DNA of 63,690 nt, filler included, from Octopus bimaculoides (lineage: Eukaryota): the NCBI RefSeq assembly GCF_001194135.2. It is 5 parts of 4 records of this genome, joined end to end, with 100 filler letters (N's around TTAATTAATTAA, not from the genome) between each part and the next. Parts side by side here need not be neighbours in the genome. Positions count along the whole stretch, not along the records: positions 23,625 to 39,898 come from NC_068987.1; 4 more parts are not named here. The stretch is one strand, 5' to 3'. How positions within the stretch are numbered: position 1 is the first letter of the stretch; each line of letters starts with the position of its first letter. Below the pieces are notes generated by a model. It worked only from the letters and a program-made list of their open reading frames with translations, did not search any database and was not told the DNA's origin. A program made the translations under genes and the position numbers. Shown here piece after piece: positions 25,474 to 38,886 of this stretch.

Positions 25474-25619
25474 TATTTACATTTGACAAGTATTTGTTCT
25501 CATCCTGTTTGTTGTGAACACAACTTTTCGGCTGATATATCCTCCAGCCTTCATCAGGTGTCTTCATCAGAGATAATTTCGAACCTGGGTTCACATTCGC
25601 AAGGTATTTTTCTCTGTTG

Positions 25620-25651
<32 letters not shown>

Positions 25652-25769
25652 TAGGTCACTTCCTGGAATCGAACTCGGAATCTTGGTGTCCCGCGCTCTA
25701 AACCACGCTCTTAACCACAACGCTATATGTCTGTGGGCATATTCTTCATCTCTTAAATATAGAACTGTA
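25474..25769 (-). mobile_element. tRNA-headed retroposon carrying a hammerhead ribozyme motif, 12-bp TSD
   Basis: TSD ATATCTCTACAT at 25462-25473 and 25770-25781. Minus-strand order: leader, A-box-like TAGCGTTGTGG, B-box GAGTTCGATTCC, (TAA)n, hammerhead, AATGTAAATAA tail. Confidence 0.8.
25517..25562 (-). ncRNA. Minimal type-I hammerhead ribozyme motif (one stem III mismatch)
   Basis: GACAC-CUGAUGA-A-GGCUG(GAGGAUAUAU)CAGCC-GAAA-A-GUU|GUGUU. Stem I 5 bp, stem II 5 bp, core intact. Confidence 0.72.
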
Positions 25770-26599
25770 ATATCTCTACATAGCGAACATTTCCACGAAA
25801 TATTCTGCAAAGGTATGTAAATATCTAACGATGATTTATTGAGTAATCCATCATACAACAAAGTCCACCACACAACAAACTATTATCATTATACAGAAGG
25901 AAATGAATATTAATAATTCTAATAATACAGAAAACAACTGTTATACATCTTTTGTTGTTTACCGGTTTTATTCATTGGACTGCACTATCCTGGGACACCA
26001 CGCTGAAGAGTTTAATCGAGCAATCGGTCCCTTATGACTATTAATGCAAGAAGCCCTTCAAGATATGTCAGAAATTATCTTAAATTACTGCACCATAAGG
26101 TAAAACCAAAAAGTTACAATAAAGGAAATTACACATTTTCTAGTTTCATAGTTAGTAATGATCGTGTCGCAATACGGTAAAGAAATCAAAGCAGGCTTAA
26201 GGAAAGGTGATCTTTAGTTAGAAGATGGGAATATGATCTTCGAATTATTAATTAACTCGGAACGCCATACAGCAATAACTGAACAGTCCCCATTTGAAGC
26301 TGAAACAAAAGTCATGTTATTGATATTACAAGGTATGAAACTAGTTGTTCTATTTGTCGAAACAAAACATGGCGACCAACTGAATACTCCGAGTCAATGG
26401 AAGAATAGTAAAAATACGATCATAAATAAAACCTACAGGGAAAGCGAAAAAGTAAACGGCAGCTTTCAGAGCGTTAACAGCCAAAACACGGAGAAACCTC
26501 TTTAGTCCTTGTGTCTAAAACAGATGAACAACACGTATTCTAACATTAGCAAGGTTGACCGATACCTTCTCTATACAATAAAGAAATTAGTGAGAAACA

Positions 26600-26815
26600 A
26601 TGGTTTGAAATTTTGGCACAAGTCCAGCAATTTTCTGGGAGGGTGTAAGTCGATTACATCCTCTCCAGTGCACAACTGAAACTTATTGTATCGACCTAGA
26701 AAGGATGAAAGGCAAAATCGATACCGGCGACATTTTAACTGAGAACGTAAAATCGGAAGAAATGCCGCTAATCATTTGTTGTTCGCAGTAACGGTTCCAC
26801 AATCTCGGCACCTTC
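26600..26815 (-). mobile_element. SINE family B, degenerate
   Basis: AAGTCGATTACATC..GTATCGACCTAGAAAGGATGAAAGGCAAAATCG..GAAATGCCGCTAA. Confidence 0.75.
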
Positions 26816-28302
26816 ATTAAGGAGACATATTGAGAAAGAGAAAAAAAAAATCTCATAATATGGCAGAAAGCAACAAAACAAGTGAGCGGGGAACATGCCC
26901 CTTCTGGAAAATAACCAACAAACTGCGAAAGGAAAGGATGTACAGAAAGAGTGGGTGTGTGTGTGTTTGTATATGTATTTGTGCCTGTCCGGGAGAAAGA
27001 GAAGTAGTGCGTGTGTGTGTGTGCGTGTGTACGTGCGTGCGTGTGCTTATGCCTGTGTTCGTGCGCGCAATCACGTGCATGGTTGTAAACATGCGTTTAC
27101 CGTCTGCTCGGATAGGCGATCAAAAACCTGCGGAAAAGTCTGTCGAAATTCGCCATAGTTTAAAGTGAATATGCTGACAAATTTAAAATTTCCAGTCACA
27201 GCTATGGCTGTCTAGTATTTAAATTTGCATCCGTCTTAATTCAAGCTGTGTTGTGTGCATTACATATATTTAGGAATGTATGTATATGTACGTTTGTCTG
27301 CGTGTATGTGAGCGTTGCAGATAGGTATATACATATACACATGTATATATATATATGAAAGAGGTAGATTTAAGATAGAATCTGACATGCGGTTGTTGGA
27401 CGAGCACGATGTATGTTAGACACGGCTCATTAATGTCAAGTGAATTATTCAATCTCGGTATGATTATTCATAATTAAAGTATGTGCCAATCATAATTAAT
27501 TCGATCTTTCTAATCTTATAATATGATCAGGCTTCAACACTGTAAATATCGTACAGACATAGACACCAATGTATACGCAGACAAAGTAAATATTCAACCA
27601 TACTTACATACACACACATATATATACATATGTGTACATAACTATAAATGTGTAAATATGCCTGTTTATATATATATGTATGTATATANNNNNNNNNNNN
27701 NNNNNNNNNNNNNNNNNNNNNNNNNNNNNNNNNNNNNNNNNNNNNNNNNNNNNNNNNNNNNNNNNNNNNNNNNNNNNNNNNNNNNNNNNNNNNNNNNNNN
27801 NNNNNNNNNNNNNNNNNNNNNNNNNNNNNNNNNNNNNNNNNNNNNNNNNNNNNNNNNNNNNNNNNNNNNNNNNNNNNNNNNNNNNNNNNNNNNNNNNNNN
27901 NNNNNNNNNNNNNNNNNNNNNNNNNNNNNNNNNNNNNNNNNNNNNNNNNNNNNNNNNNNNNNNNNNNNNNNNNNNNNNNNNNNNNNNNNNNNNNNNNNNN
28001 NNNNNNNNNNNNNNNNNNNNNNNNNNNNNNNNNNNNNNNNNNNNNNNNNNNNNNNNNNNNNNNNNNNNNNNNNNNNNNNNNNNNNNNNNNNNNNNNNNNN
28101 NNNNNNNNNNNNNNNNNNNNNNNNNNNNNNNNNNNNNNNNNNNNNNNNNNNNNNNNNNNNNNNNNNNNNNNNNNNNNNNNNNNNNNNNNNNNNNNNNNNN
28201 NNNNNNNNNNNNNNNNNNNNNNNNNNNNNNNNNNNNNNNNNNNNNNNNNNNNNNNNNNNNNNNNNNNNNNNNNNNNNNNNNNNNNNTATATATATATATG
28301 CA

Positions 28303-28333
<31 letters not shown>

Positions 28334-28351
28334 ATATATATATATATATTC

Positions 28352-28393
<42 letters not shown>

Positions 28394-28589
28394 TAGCGAG
28401 AGAGATTGATAAAAAGATAGATATACATAGACGCAGGCATACATGTATCCATATATGTGCGTGCGAGCCCGCGTGTGTGTGTTGTGTATGGTAAATTTTA
28501 CAGTAAAACAATTTTACATTAATCTGATAGGTTACTTTATACCATTGCAGAGTACAAATTCCTAAACAAGAATGTCATAGATCAGGACT

Positions 28590-28985
28590 TCCAATTTTGG
28601 ACTGGCCAAAGCTTCGAAGTCACTGACGATATATAATATTCTTCTCTTATATATAGAGGGAAATGGGTCAATCCCCACTTTCGGTCATGAGTGGCCAGAG
28701 GATTGCAGAAGTTCTCACTCCGTAGCGCAAGCTCTACCAACAGTCGCCCATGCATACCAAGCTTTACAAACAGTCGCCCTCGCATACCCTTACATACCCT
28801 CTCCATGCTACCGATTTATTCCAAGGGAAAGGTAAATGCCGATACAGCTTGGCACTGAGTGAGCTGAAGCAACATCACAAAAAGTGTCTTTTTCAAGAAT
28901 ACGATACACAGCCCGGTCCAGGAATCGATTTCACTAACTCATGATTGTGAACCCGACGTTCTAACCACTGAGCCATGCGCCTTCA
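28590..28985 (-). mobile_element. SINE family D, near full length
   Basis: Head CTAACCACTGAGCCATGCGCCTTCAC and body CCAAGGGAAAGGTAAATGCCGATACAGCTTGGCAC are the reverse complement of 48855-49200. Confidence 0.78.
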
Positions 28986-28997
28986 CTTTTACTATAC

Positions 28998-29253
28998 ATA
29001 TACACATAATAGGGATGACCACTAGGTGGACATCCATTATGCTAGAAGTAGATCATCTGCGATCTGACCACTAAATATTGTTCTCAAGAAAATTCAGCAA
29101 GCGAGTGAGACAAATGTTTTGTTTTCTCTTGCTCGCTTACGTTTTGGCGCTTGCTGAATTTTCTGGAGAATAATCTTTAGTGGTCACATCGTAGGTGATC
29201 TACTTCTAGCATAATGGATGTCCATTTAGTGGTCATCCCTGTTATATGTATAT
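28998..29253. mobile_element. Foldback/MITE-like element with about 106-bp terminal inverted repeats
   Basis: Arms 28998-29103 and 29148-29253 are near-complementary (AGGGATGACCACTA..CATCCATTATGCTAGAAGTAGATCA). TA-rich ends. Confidence 0.85.
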
Positions 29254-29889
29254 ACTATAATTTTTTCTGTATCTTCAGACTTTTTCAATATGCTAGGCCA
29301 CTGGTTTTAAATCGATATTAATCAAATTATTATACAATTTCTCACCTTTATTATATNNNNNNNNNNNNNNNNNNNNNNNNNNNNNNNNNNNNNNNNNNNN
29401 NNNNNNNNNNNNNNNNNNNNNNNNNNNNNNNNNNNNNNNNNNNNNNNNNNNNNNNNNNNNNNNNNNNNNNNNNNNNNNNNNNNNNNNNNNNNNNNNNNNN
29501 NNNNNNNNNNNNNNNNNNNNNNNNNNNNNNNNNNNNNNNNNNNNNNNNNNNNNNNNNNNNNNNNNNNNNNNNNNNNNNNNNNNNNNNNNNNNNNNNNNNN
29601 NNNNNNNNNNNNNNNNNNNNNNNNNNNNNNNNNNNNNNNNNNNNNNNNNNNNNNNNNNNNNNNNNNNNNNNNNNNNNNNNNNNNNNNNNNNNNNNNNNNN
29701 NNNNNNNNNNNNNNNNNNNNNNNNNNNNNNNNNNNNNNNNNNNNNNNNNNNNNNNNNNNNNNNNNNNNNNNNNNNNNNNNNNNNNNNNNNNNNNNNNNNN
29801 NNNNNNNNNNNNNNNNNNNNNNNNNNNNNNNNNNNNNNNNNNNNNNNNNNNNNNNNNNNNNNNNNNNNNNNNNNNNNNNNTGTGTGTGT

Positions 29890-30180
29890 GCCAACGGGAC
29901 AAGAGTTGTTGATAACTGGAGAAGTATTTCTGCATTTCATGTGAAAGAATGATGTGCTCTGATGCTTCTCCGAATTTCTTCCTTCGCTATTGACACCTGC
30001 ACACGTTCACACCCACACAATCACAATCATGCTCACATTTACATAGATATAGATTCCTGAATGTTTCTTTATATTAACTTAGATATAAAACCCAATACTT
30101 GAAGTACAATGCTTGTATTTCCCTAGAAATTCTTCGTTCTTGAATCGTAACTCTGAAGCTTGTCTGAAGAAGGAATGAGT
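29890..30180 (+). pseudogene. Possible Penelope-like 3' remnant ending in half a hammerhead core
   Basis: YFPRNSSFLN resembles PLE endonuclease C-termini and is followed by CTGAAGA-A-GGAAT (30164-30176) with no partner strand. Confidence 0.25.
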
Positions 30181-30332
30181 GTAGAGTGTAGGAGAGGGGC
30201 AATATATACACATAATTATTACAACTGAAACGATGTTTTCAAACCGTTTTGCGCCTATGCTATGACACTGTTACAGTTTAATTGCATAAACACTCAGAAA
30301 CAGAGAAATTAAACAGGTTTCAAACAGCAGTT

Positions 30333-30383
<51 letters not shown>

Positions 30384-30789
30384 AGAGGACGGAGAGGAGG
30401 AGGAGGACCGAGAGGAGGAGGACCGAGAGGAGGAGGAGGGGAGGGAGGAGGGGNNNNNNNNNNNNNNNNNNNNNNNNNNNNNNNNNNNNNNNNNNNNNNN
30501 NNNNNNNNNNNNNNNNNNNNNNNNNNNNNNNNNNNNNNNNNNNNNNNNNNNNNNNNNNNNNNNNNNNNNNNNNNNNNNNNNNNNNNNNNNNNNNNNNNNN
30601 NNNNNNNNNNNNNNNNNNNNNNNNNNNNNNNNNNNNNNNNNNNNNNNNNNNNNNNNNNNNNNNNNNNNNNNNNNNNNNNNNNNNNNNNNNNNNNNNNNNN
30701 NNNNNNNNNNNNNNNNNNNNNNNNNNNNNNNNNNNNNNNNNNNNNNNNNNNNNNNNNNNNNNNNNNNNNNNNNNNNNNNNTTCATATAT

Positions 30790-30847
<58 letters not shown>

Positions 30848-31847
30848 GTGTGTGTGTGTGCACGTGTTTGTGTATTTATACACATATGTGCGAATATATG
30901 CACGTATGTGTGTATGTATTTGCGAATGAATGAATGAATTAATCATTCATAAATGAATGAGTTTGCAGATTTGCCAGTATATATAGCACTGGCATATTCT
31001 ATTCTACCATTCTAACGCCTTCTTAGGAAAGGAACTACCTGATAGCAACTACCCGTTATTTTCTTCTTACTTAAATTTCAAAAGTTCTAATGAGAGTCTA
31101 CAATACAATTTGTGATTGTAGTTCTCTTTTCTCGTAAAGGAATGTGAGGGAGTAATAGCCATAACAAAAAATAATGAAATCTATACGCCATCTCTTCTCT
31201 CCGGAAACGATCTGTACCCTTTACTCCCCAGTACAAACACAAATGTAGCATTGCTTGAACGTAAAATAATAATTATGTAGTATTGGCACTTCACAGTTCT
31301 TTATTACATTCATATAACAATATTCCTTAGACTATAAAGAAATCGATTTTTTACATTATATGTTATATTTATTTGATTTATTTGTATTGTTTTCATATTG
31401 TTGTCTAACATTTGCTATAATCGTATTCGTTTTTATTCCTGTTTAAATACATTTCCGTTAAGATGATTCCAACACTCACTATATTCACATCCATCACATT
31501 AAAGAGATATTTTTTGTTATTATACTATGATTATACAGTGATAAATATGTGTGAGTGGGATGAATGTATGGTGGCGACACACTCTCTCTTTCTGTACATA
31601 GCATGAAAATGAAAGAACTGAAGGAAAACATACAAAGAAATAGACAGATGTATACAACAGGATTGCAGTTAACGTTAAAACGTATCACAGACAATCTTAA
31701 GATGAGCAGTCGGATTTGTCTGGAGTCAATTTTCTTCCAGACAAACTTTTATGTGAAATGAATTAATGATGCAGAATCTCACGACATTTTATCAAAGGGC
31801 ATACTGCTCAATGCCAATGCAAAGGGCTTCAAAAGCATTTTAATAGC

Positions 31848-31870
31848 AGCAGCAGCAGCAGTAGCAGTAA

Positions 31871-31930
<60 letters not shown>

Positions 31931-32005
31931 CAGCAGCAGTAGCAGCAGCAGTAGCAGCAGCAGTAGTGGTAGTATTAGTAATAGTAGTAGTAGTAGTAGT
32001 AGTAG
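31848..32005. repeat. (GTA/GCA)n compound microsatellite
   Basis: Direct reading. Confidence 0.97.
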
Positions 32006-32489
32006 ACCAGCATTTTACTGATATTTCTTTTTATTGAACCCGGGGGATGAACTCGGAATATAACAACTGAAAAGAAAAGTAATTTTGTCTGATGTTCTAA
32101 GGAATCAATCAGTAATTACATTAATAAGAAGAAAAAGAAGAAAAAATATGTATGTAATTCCCAAAACATTTTAATCTGCGAACATAATCAGATGTACATT
32201 TCAATGTACCTAGTAGCAAACACCTTTTAGTCATGTTAGGATCACACTATCATCTTATTCAATTACTTTGAAAACAAGGTTTACATTTTCTTATGTCTTG
32301 ACAGATACTCTCTAGAACAATAATTTTATGCAAAACACAAGGTATGATACTCTGATCATAATTACAGACTTCAACTCTGTAACATGGTGTCTCTTGAAAT
32401 CTCCGGGTGAGACTTGTGCAAATACAAAAAAAAAGTCCATATGTACAAATACAGATAAAAGCCAAACATGATAATAATGATAATAATAA

Positions 32490-32645
32490 TTGCAGAAGTC
32501 GGCATTGGAACTGCCCGCATATTGCGTAAAGTAGTGTGTCTGGGGTCCTTGTTGTGACTTGACAAACAGTTCAAACTACCAGTAGACACAATACCTTCAT
32601 TCAGCAACCTGACCATATTTTATACTCAGCGACATCTATTATAAT
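32490..32645 (+). mobile_element. Short 5'-truncated R4/Dong-like 3' end between (TAA)n tracts
   Basis: QKSAL-GTARILRKV motif with a frameshift. ATAATAATAAT on both sides. Confidence 0.7.
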
Positions 32646-32649
32646 AATA

Positions 32650-32690
<41 letters not shown>

Positions 32691-32699
32691 AACGATAAC

Positions 32700-32900
32700 A
32701 TGGGGCGCTGCACCCTAAAGTAAACGTAAACACACTGTATATGAAAAGAAAGAACGGTGCCAAATGACTAATTAGTATAGACCACTCTTTGGGGATTGAA
32801 ATGAGAACACTTGCGGAGTATTTTATAAATAGTGATGAAGACCTACTGCAATATGCCACGAGTGAAATAGGTTCAATTGGAGATGAAATTATGTGCAAGG
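32700..32900 (+). pseudogene. R4/Dong-like post-RT (thumb) fragment
   Basis: HGALHPKVNVNTLYMKRKNGAK*LISIDH..EYFINSDEDLL, matching LHPxxDxxRLYxxRxxGGRGL. Confidence 0.72.
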
Positions 32901-34902
32901 AAGAGTTTAACCAAACCCCAACCTACATCCCTAGTCAGAGACTTTTACTCAAATCGACTAAATATGATTTTCGTTGGGCCTGATCTTAAAAGTTAAAGAA
33001 ACGCATCTGTGATCATAATCCCCATCCGCTCCGCAGATACTAAATGTATCAGCTAATCTTCGAAGTTTTTGTAGATAGACGATACGTTTATAGACAGTAA
33101 CGGGAGCAAGATTTAAGGTATTATCTAATGTTCGATAATCATTAGCACTCTTGCTCCAACTGTTCCAATAATTTCCCAATTCGACAGATTTATTGATTAA
33201 TATATTTTCAATGATCGTCTGTCTTGAAGGATTGTGAGAAATCAATGAAAAAAGTGTCAGAGTTCTCTCTTTGGTTGAGCTGAGTTGTCACAGTCTCAGA
33301 AATGGTTGTGACCTGCATATGGTAGCGTCCATTAATATTAGAAACGATCTTGGTAAATTGTTGATATAACCTATAAAAACGCCACTTTAAAGTTAAAGTT
33401 ATGTGTTCAAGATCCGGGTAGATATAAATCTAAGAAAGATACATTCTAAAAATATGTACCGAGTGAAATCGGGAAGACTAACCCTGAAATTTGCTTCGTT
33501 TCAAATAGTGTTAAGTTAAGTAACATTCAGTGATTGCTGTGATCCACATACCTGATAGTGTCTAAATGTAGTTTCGTTTTATGCTTCAGATTTCTCTTTT
33601 ATATTTGTTGATTACATTTATATAATGATTTCCGATATCAGCTTTTTGCATCTTTGTCATCTTGACGGATACAAGTCGCTTAAAGGAGAAGACAAAAACA
33701 CACATTTTTACATTATATCTTCTTTTTTCTCTTTTCCGTTTTTTTCTTTTTATTATTATTATAGAGTTGACATATTCTCGGGATTCTATTTTGATTTGCA
33801 TTGTGTCAGAAGAAAGCACCAATCGTCTCTACGCTAAACTCTTTGCGTTAACATTGAGTATACATAAACATTAACTATTTTACATTCTAGTGTGCATGCT
33901 TCAGTTTCCCAATGTTACAATGACCGTGTGTTCATTGTAACACGAGGAAAACCGGAAATCTAATTCTCAGCATGTTCAAAGCTGTAAACAGAAGCCGAGC
34001 TGTCAATCGTACAAAAATAAGTCATTAGGAATCATTACACAGGAGTTTCATAGAAATTTTGTTGCTTTTTTATTAAATTCATTATTCGACTCATATTTCC
34101 GAAACCTCTGGGCAGTACACTCTTTCTTATCCGATAATTTCAGTGTTAAAACCTGACGTGATTTTCAATCTGATGGTACTCATTTGTAATATAGTGCACA
34201 TGCGCATTTTGTAAGAAGATACTGAGTCTGTAAATCAAATCCAGTTATTGAGAGAATATTCTACTTAATGTAAAAAAAAAACAAAGGAAGTTTTGAAGAG
34301 TCTTCTGTCAAATAATTGTTTTTCGCTTTCGAAAAGACGCATATAACAGACAACCTCTTCAGGGATTAGATCATCTAAAACTGATGTAGCATATGTGTGT
34401 GTGTGTGTGTGTGTGTGAATGTTTGTGTGTTGCTAAGCCTATATAAACATATATATGACTATATAATGGTTATTTGTGTGTATGCCTGTTTGTGTGTCTG
34501 ATTGTGTGTGTGTGCCTGTGTACAACATCCAACTGACAGTAGCCGTTTGCTCTATATGTATGTATGTAGGTAGGTAGGTAGGTAAGTATGTTTTTGCCAC
34601 TAAAGTTTACTTAACTACAGTATACAGCAGTTCCGAAAAGCTAAAGTTACGTCATGGTTTGAATGTATAACGAGCCAGGATTCTTCAGTTTCTATGGTAC
34701 AGCATTTGCATTCCTTTGGTTTTTTTTTTACATACAAGCATAATCCCTATGTAATATCATCGTATTTATCCAAAATATCAAATATGTAAAATTAGTTAAA
34801 CTATCAAAATTCGCAACAAAAATATAATTAGCAAATCTCAGAGAAGCAATCGTGTCATGATAACCTCTTCGGTCTCCGCCACTTTCACAACACACACACA
34901 TA

Positions 34903-34958
<56 letters not shown>

Positions 34959-35205
34959 NNNNNNNNNNNNNNNNNNNNNNNNNNNNNNNNNNNNNNNNNN
35001 NNNNNNNNNNNNNNNNNNNNNNNNNNNNNTCTTATATATACATATATATACACATATATACACACACAAAGACATACACACAGACAAATAAACATTTACA
35101 TAAGCATATGTATGTGTATATAGGTTTAACAGATTTAAGTAGACAATAGACTAAAAGAGAAATTATTAGATTAATATCACTGAATGATTAAAAAAGTGGA
35201 AAAGC

Positions 35206-35241
35206 CTTTGACGCTTCAACCTAAATCACTTCTTCACAAAG
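35206..35241 (-). ncRNA. Decayed hammerhead motif (family 2)
   Basis: CUUU-[G]UGAAGA-A-..-GAA[G]C-GUC-AAAG. Stem I intact, two core substitutions, stem II degenerate. Confidence 0.35.
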
Positions 35242-35455
35242 TAAGATGTTTAGAAAAAGAAATAAGAGGAGAAAAAGAAGAAATAAGAGAAACGGGAAGA
35301 AAATTACGTCTTCTATGCCAAGTCTGAGGAAGAAGACCAATATATTTTTTCGTTTCTTTACTGTGTTTCACTTACTGAATTAATCGCCAATTTCGGGCAT
35401 TACATTTGAAAGTTTAGTCGATCAGCGGTCACTCACACACTCACCCACACCTATG

Positions 35456-35492
<37 letters not shown>

Positions 35493-36103
35493 NNNNNNNN
35501 NNNNNNNNNNNNNNNNNNNNNNNNNNNNNNNNNNNNNNNNNNNNNNNNNNNNNNNNNNNNNNNNNNNNNNNNNNNNNNNNNNNNNNNNNNNNNNNNNNNN
35601 NNNNNNNNNNNNNNNNNNNNNNNNNNNNNNNNNNNNNNNNNNNNNNNNNNNNNNNNNNNNNNNNNNNNNNNNNNNNNNNNNNNNNNNNNNNNNNNNNNNN
35701 NNNNNNNNNNNNNNNNNNNNNNNNNNNNNNNNNNNNNNNNNNNNNNNNNNNNNNNNNNNNNNNNNNNNNNNNNNNNNNNNNNNNNNNNNNNNNNNNNNNN
35801 NNNNNNNNNNNNNNNNNNNNNNNNNNNNNNNNNNNNNNNNNNNNNNNNNNNNNNNNNNNNNNNNNNNNNNNNNNNNNNNNNNNNNNNNNNNNNNNNNNNN
35901 NNNNNNNNNNNNNNNNNNNNNNNNNNNNNNNNNNNNNNNNNNNNNNNNNNNNNNNNNNNNNNNNNNNNNNNNNNNNNNNNNNNNNNNNNNNNNNNNNNNN
36001 NNNNNNNNNNNNNNNNNNNNNNNNNNNNNNNNNNNNNNNNNNNNNNNNNNNNNNNNNNNNNNNNNNNNNNNNNNNNNNNNNNNNNNNNNNNNNNNNNNNN
36101 NNN

Positions 36104-36144
<41 letters not shown>

Positions 36145-36195
36145 ATATGTATATACATATCGATATCAATCTATTTATCTCTCTCTCTCTCTCTG

Positions 36196-36226
<31 letters not shown>

Positions 36227-37489
36227 AATATATATATAGATACACAGATATACATTTATATGTATATACATAAACACACATATATAAATACGTGCATGTG
36301 CGAATATATATGAGTGTACGTATGTCTATAAACGTCTGGATGCATTAATTCTATAATTTTAGTTGTATAATGTTCCTCTCGCGCAGTTTGTTTAATATAT
36401 CCTGTAACCTTCTCATCATCAAATTTGATGACGTACATTCCCGTCATATGAAATCAAAGTTGCAATTTCTGAAATGGCAGGAAATATTATCCATGTGTTT
36501 ATTGAAATTGTTTCGTTCATCCAAAAGATTTACAAAGCTATGAACTGTCTATATGCCTGTGTTTTAACTGATTTCAAGTAGGTGAGGAAATTATGAGTTA
36601 GCAGAGTTTTAATGTAGGAAATATTTATGTATTGTTTATTAAATGTCAACGCTGTTTAGATTTATATGATGGGCTGTTGAACTCTGATTATATCTAAGTT
36701 AGTTCCGAACAAAGGAGGTTCATTGGAAGCATTAGTAGCTGGGAGATAGTAACAGATACAACAACAGAAGTGCTGTATATTTATTTGTGTTACATTAAGT
36801 TGAAATAAAGAGAGACATTGCGTTTGCCAAAGTTAGGGATGTTGATTCACCTTGTAAATGTAAGGTAGATAAATAAATACATATGGGTGACAAGACTGGT
36901 AGAAACATGTTCGTTTAAAGGAAACGTAAACACGATGCAATTGCAAATAGGTTGCTAGCAAAGATACTGAGTGTGGTATGGATACTACGACTTGAGAGTG
37001 TGTAATACAAGAGGAAGTTGATATACGTGTGTGCTAGTATAAACAGGCGTTTTACTTCGTCTAATCATCGTCTATAAACAAATATATAAAATGTTCACTT
37101 AAACATCAGGTATAGCTCTCTCTGTCTCTATTTCCTTCTCCCCTCTCATTCTCTCTGAATATATACCATATATATNNNNNNNNNNNNNNNNNNNNNNNNN
37201 NNNNNNNNNNNNNNNNNNNNNNNNNNNNNNNNNNNNNNNNNNNNNNNNNNNNNNNNNNNNNNNNNNNNNNNNNNNNNNNNNNNNNNNNNNNNNNNNNNNN
37301 NNNNNNNNNNNNNNNNNNNNNNNNNNNNNNNNNNNNNNNNNNNNNNNNNNNNNNNNNNNNNNNNNNNNNNNNNNNNNNNNNNNNNNNNNNNNNNNNNNNN
37401 NNNNNNNNNNNNNATATATATATATATATACAGCGAAAGAGAGAAGGAGAAAGAGGGAGAGAGAGATAAGTAACTTTTACGGATATTGC

Positions 37490-37630
37490 TTTCAAATTTT
37501 GGCGAAACCCCAGCAAATTTTGGGGAGAAGTCATGTCGATTATATAGATACCTTTGAACGACTTGTAGTTATTTTATAGATCACTTAATAAGAATGAAAG
37601 GCAAAGTCGACTTCGGCGGAGTATCGAAAT
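37490..37630 (-). mobile_element. SINE family B fragment
   Basis: GAATGAAAGGCAAAGTCGACTTCGGCGGA. Confidence 0.65.
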
Positions 37631-38455
37631 TTGACAAGTCATTTTAGAAAACGCTGGATAGACTGGATAATTAACTGGAGAGACAAGGGCCGGTGTGGAT
37701 ATGTTTCTCTTCAATAGACGAATACAGCAGTTGCTCAACATTATCTCAAGATGTAGGTGATGTTTAAAAATGAACAAGACAGAGAATGCTCATTTATTGC
37801 TTTGGTAATTTGCACAAACGGAGGGGAAATGATATAAGAAAAATGAGAAAGATTTGCCAGTGTCATGTACCTCAGTACAAGACAACCAATAAGTGTGTAA
37901 TAAATACTGTTAGACAAAAATTCTCATGTTAGCCGTGAGAACCAATTAGTTTCTACCTCTCTATTACTACCTAAACTTTTTCTTTTGTTTGTTTTCAATT
38001 GGCATCGTACTCAGTTACTTCAGTCTTCACTATATATCGCTGTATGTTTAAGGACAAACCTCCAATACTATCGCCTCCTGTTTCTTAATTTATAGTTTAT
38101 TTTCTCTCTCCATCCGAAAAACTTTTGCTGTTGAATAACCTCCGTAACTTCATCGTAAGTTTAGTTGCTATATCCATCATAGCGAAATATATTGCGTGTT
38201 TTTACAGAATTAAATATTCTTACACCAACATTTTTGTGAATTCTCATTTTGCCTTTTTGGTTAAATAGGTTCGTAGTATCCTAATATCTAGACAACTTAC
38301 CCTGATTGTATTTTTCATAAATCTACGTGTACAATAAATACTGTATTGCTGTTGATTAATGTTCTAAAATCGTGAGCTGAAAGAGACTAATATTCATGTT
38401 TCCTTATTCATTTACCTGCTCTCTGCACTTTTGTTTCTACTTGACCGTATTTGCA

Positions 38456-38487
<32 letters not shown>

Positions 38488-38782
38488 ACATAAATAAATA
38501 TTCATTTACATATATATGCAAGGCCAACACTAGTAGAACGTAAAGTAATATAGTATTGTAGATTACTTTATATCTGAATTTGTTTATTCACGAAAAAAAA
38601 AAACTATTAAGCATTTAGTGATAAATAACGTCGAACTTTTATCAACAATAAATTCTATTTCAGTAGTTTCAGAATCTACCATAGCAATCAGTGTTGCTTT
38701 GCATAAAAAAAAAAAAATTATAATGCGCAGAAACGAACTTTCTGGGACTTTACATGCTAAAATGTATTTCACCTGCTTGAAA

Positions 38783-38834
<52 letters not shown>

Positions 38835-38855
38835 CACACACACACACACCTGTGT

Positions 38856-38886
<31 letters not shown>

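Noticed and set aside
32958-33245. 95-aa minus-strand ORF and a plus-strand IDDTF motif
   Set aside because: No recognisable domain. A single short RT-like motif among stops is insufficient.
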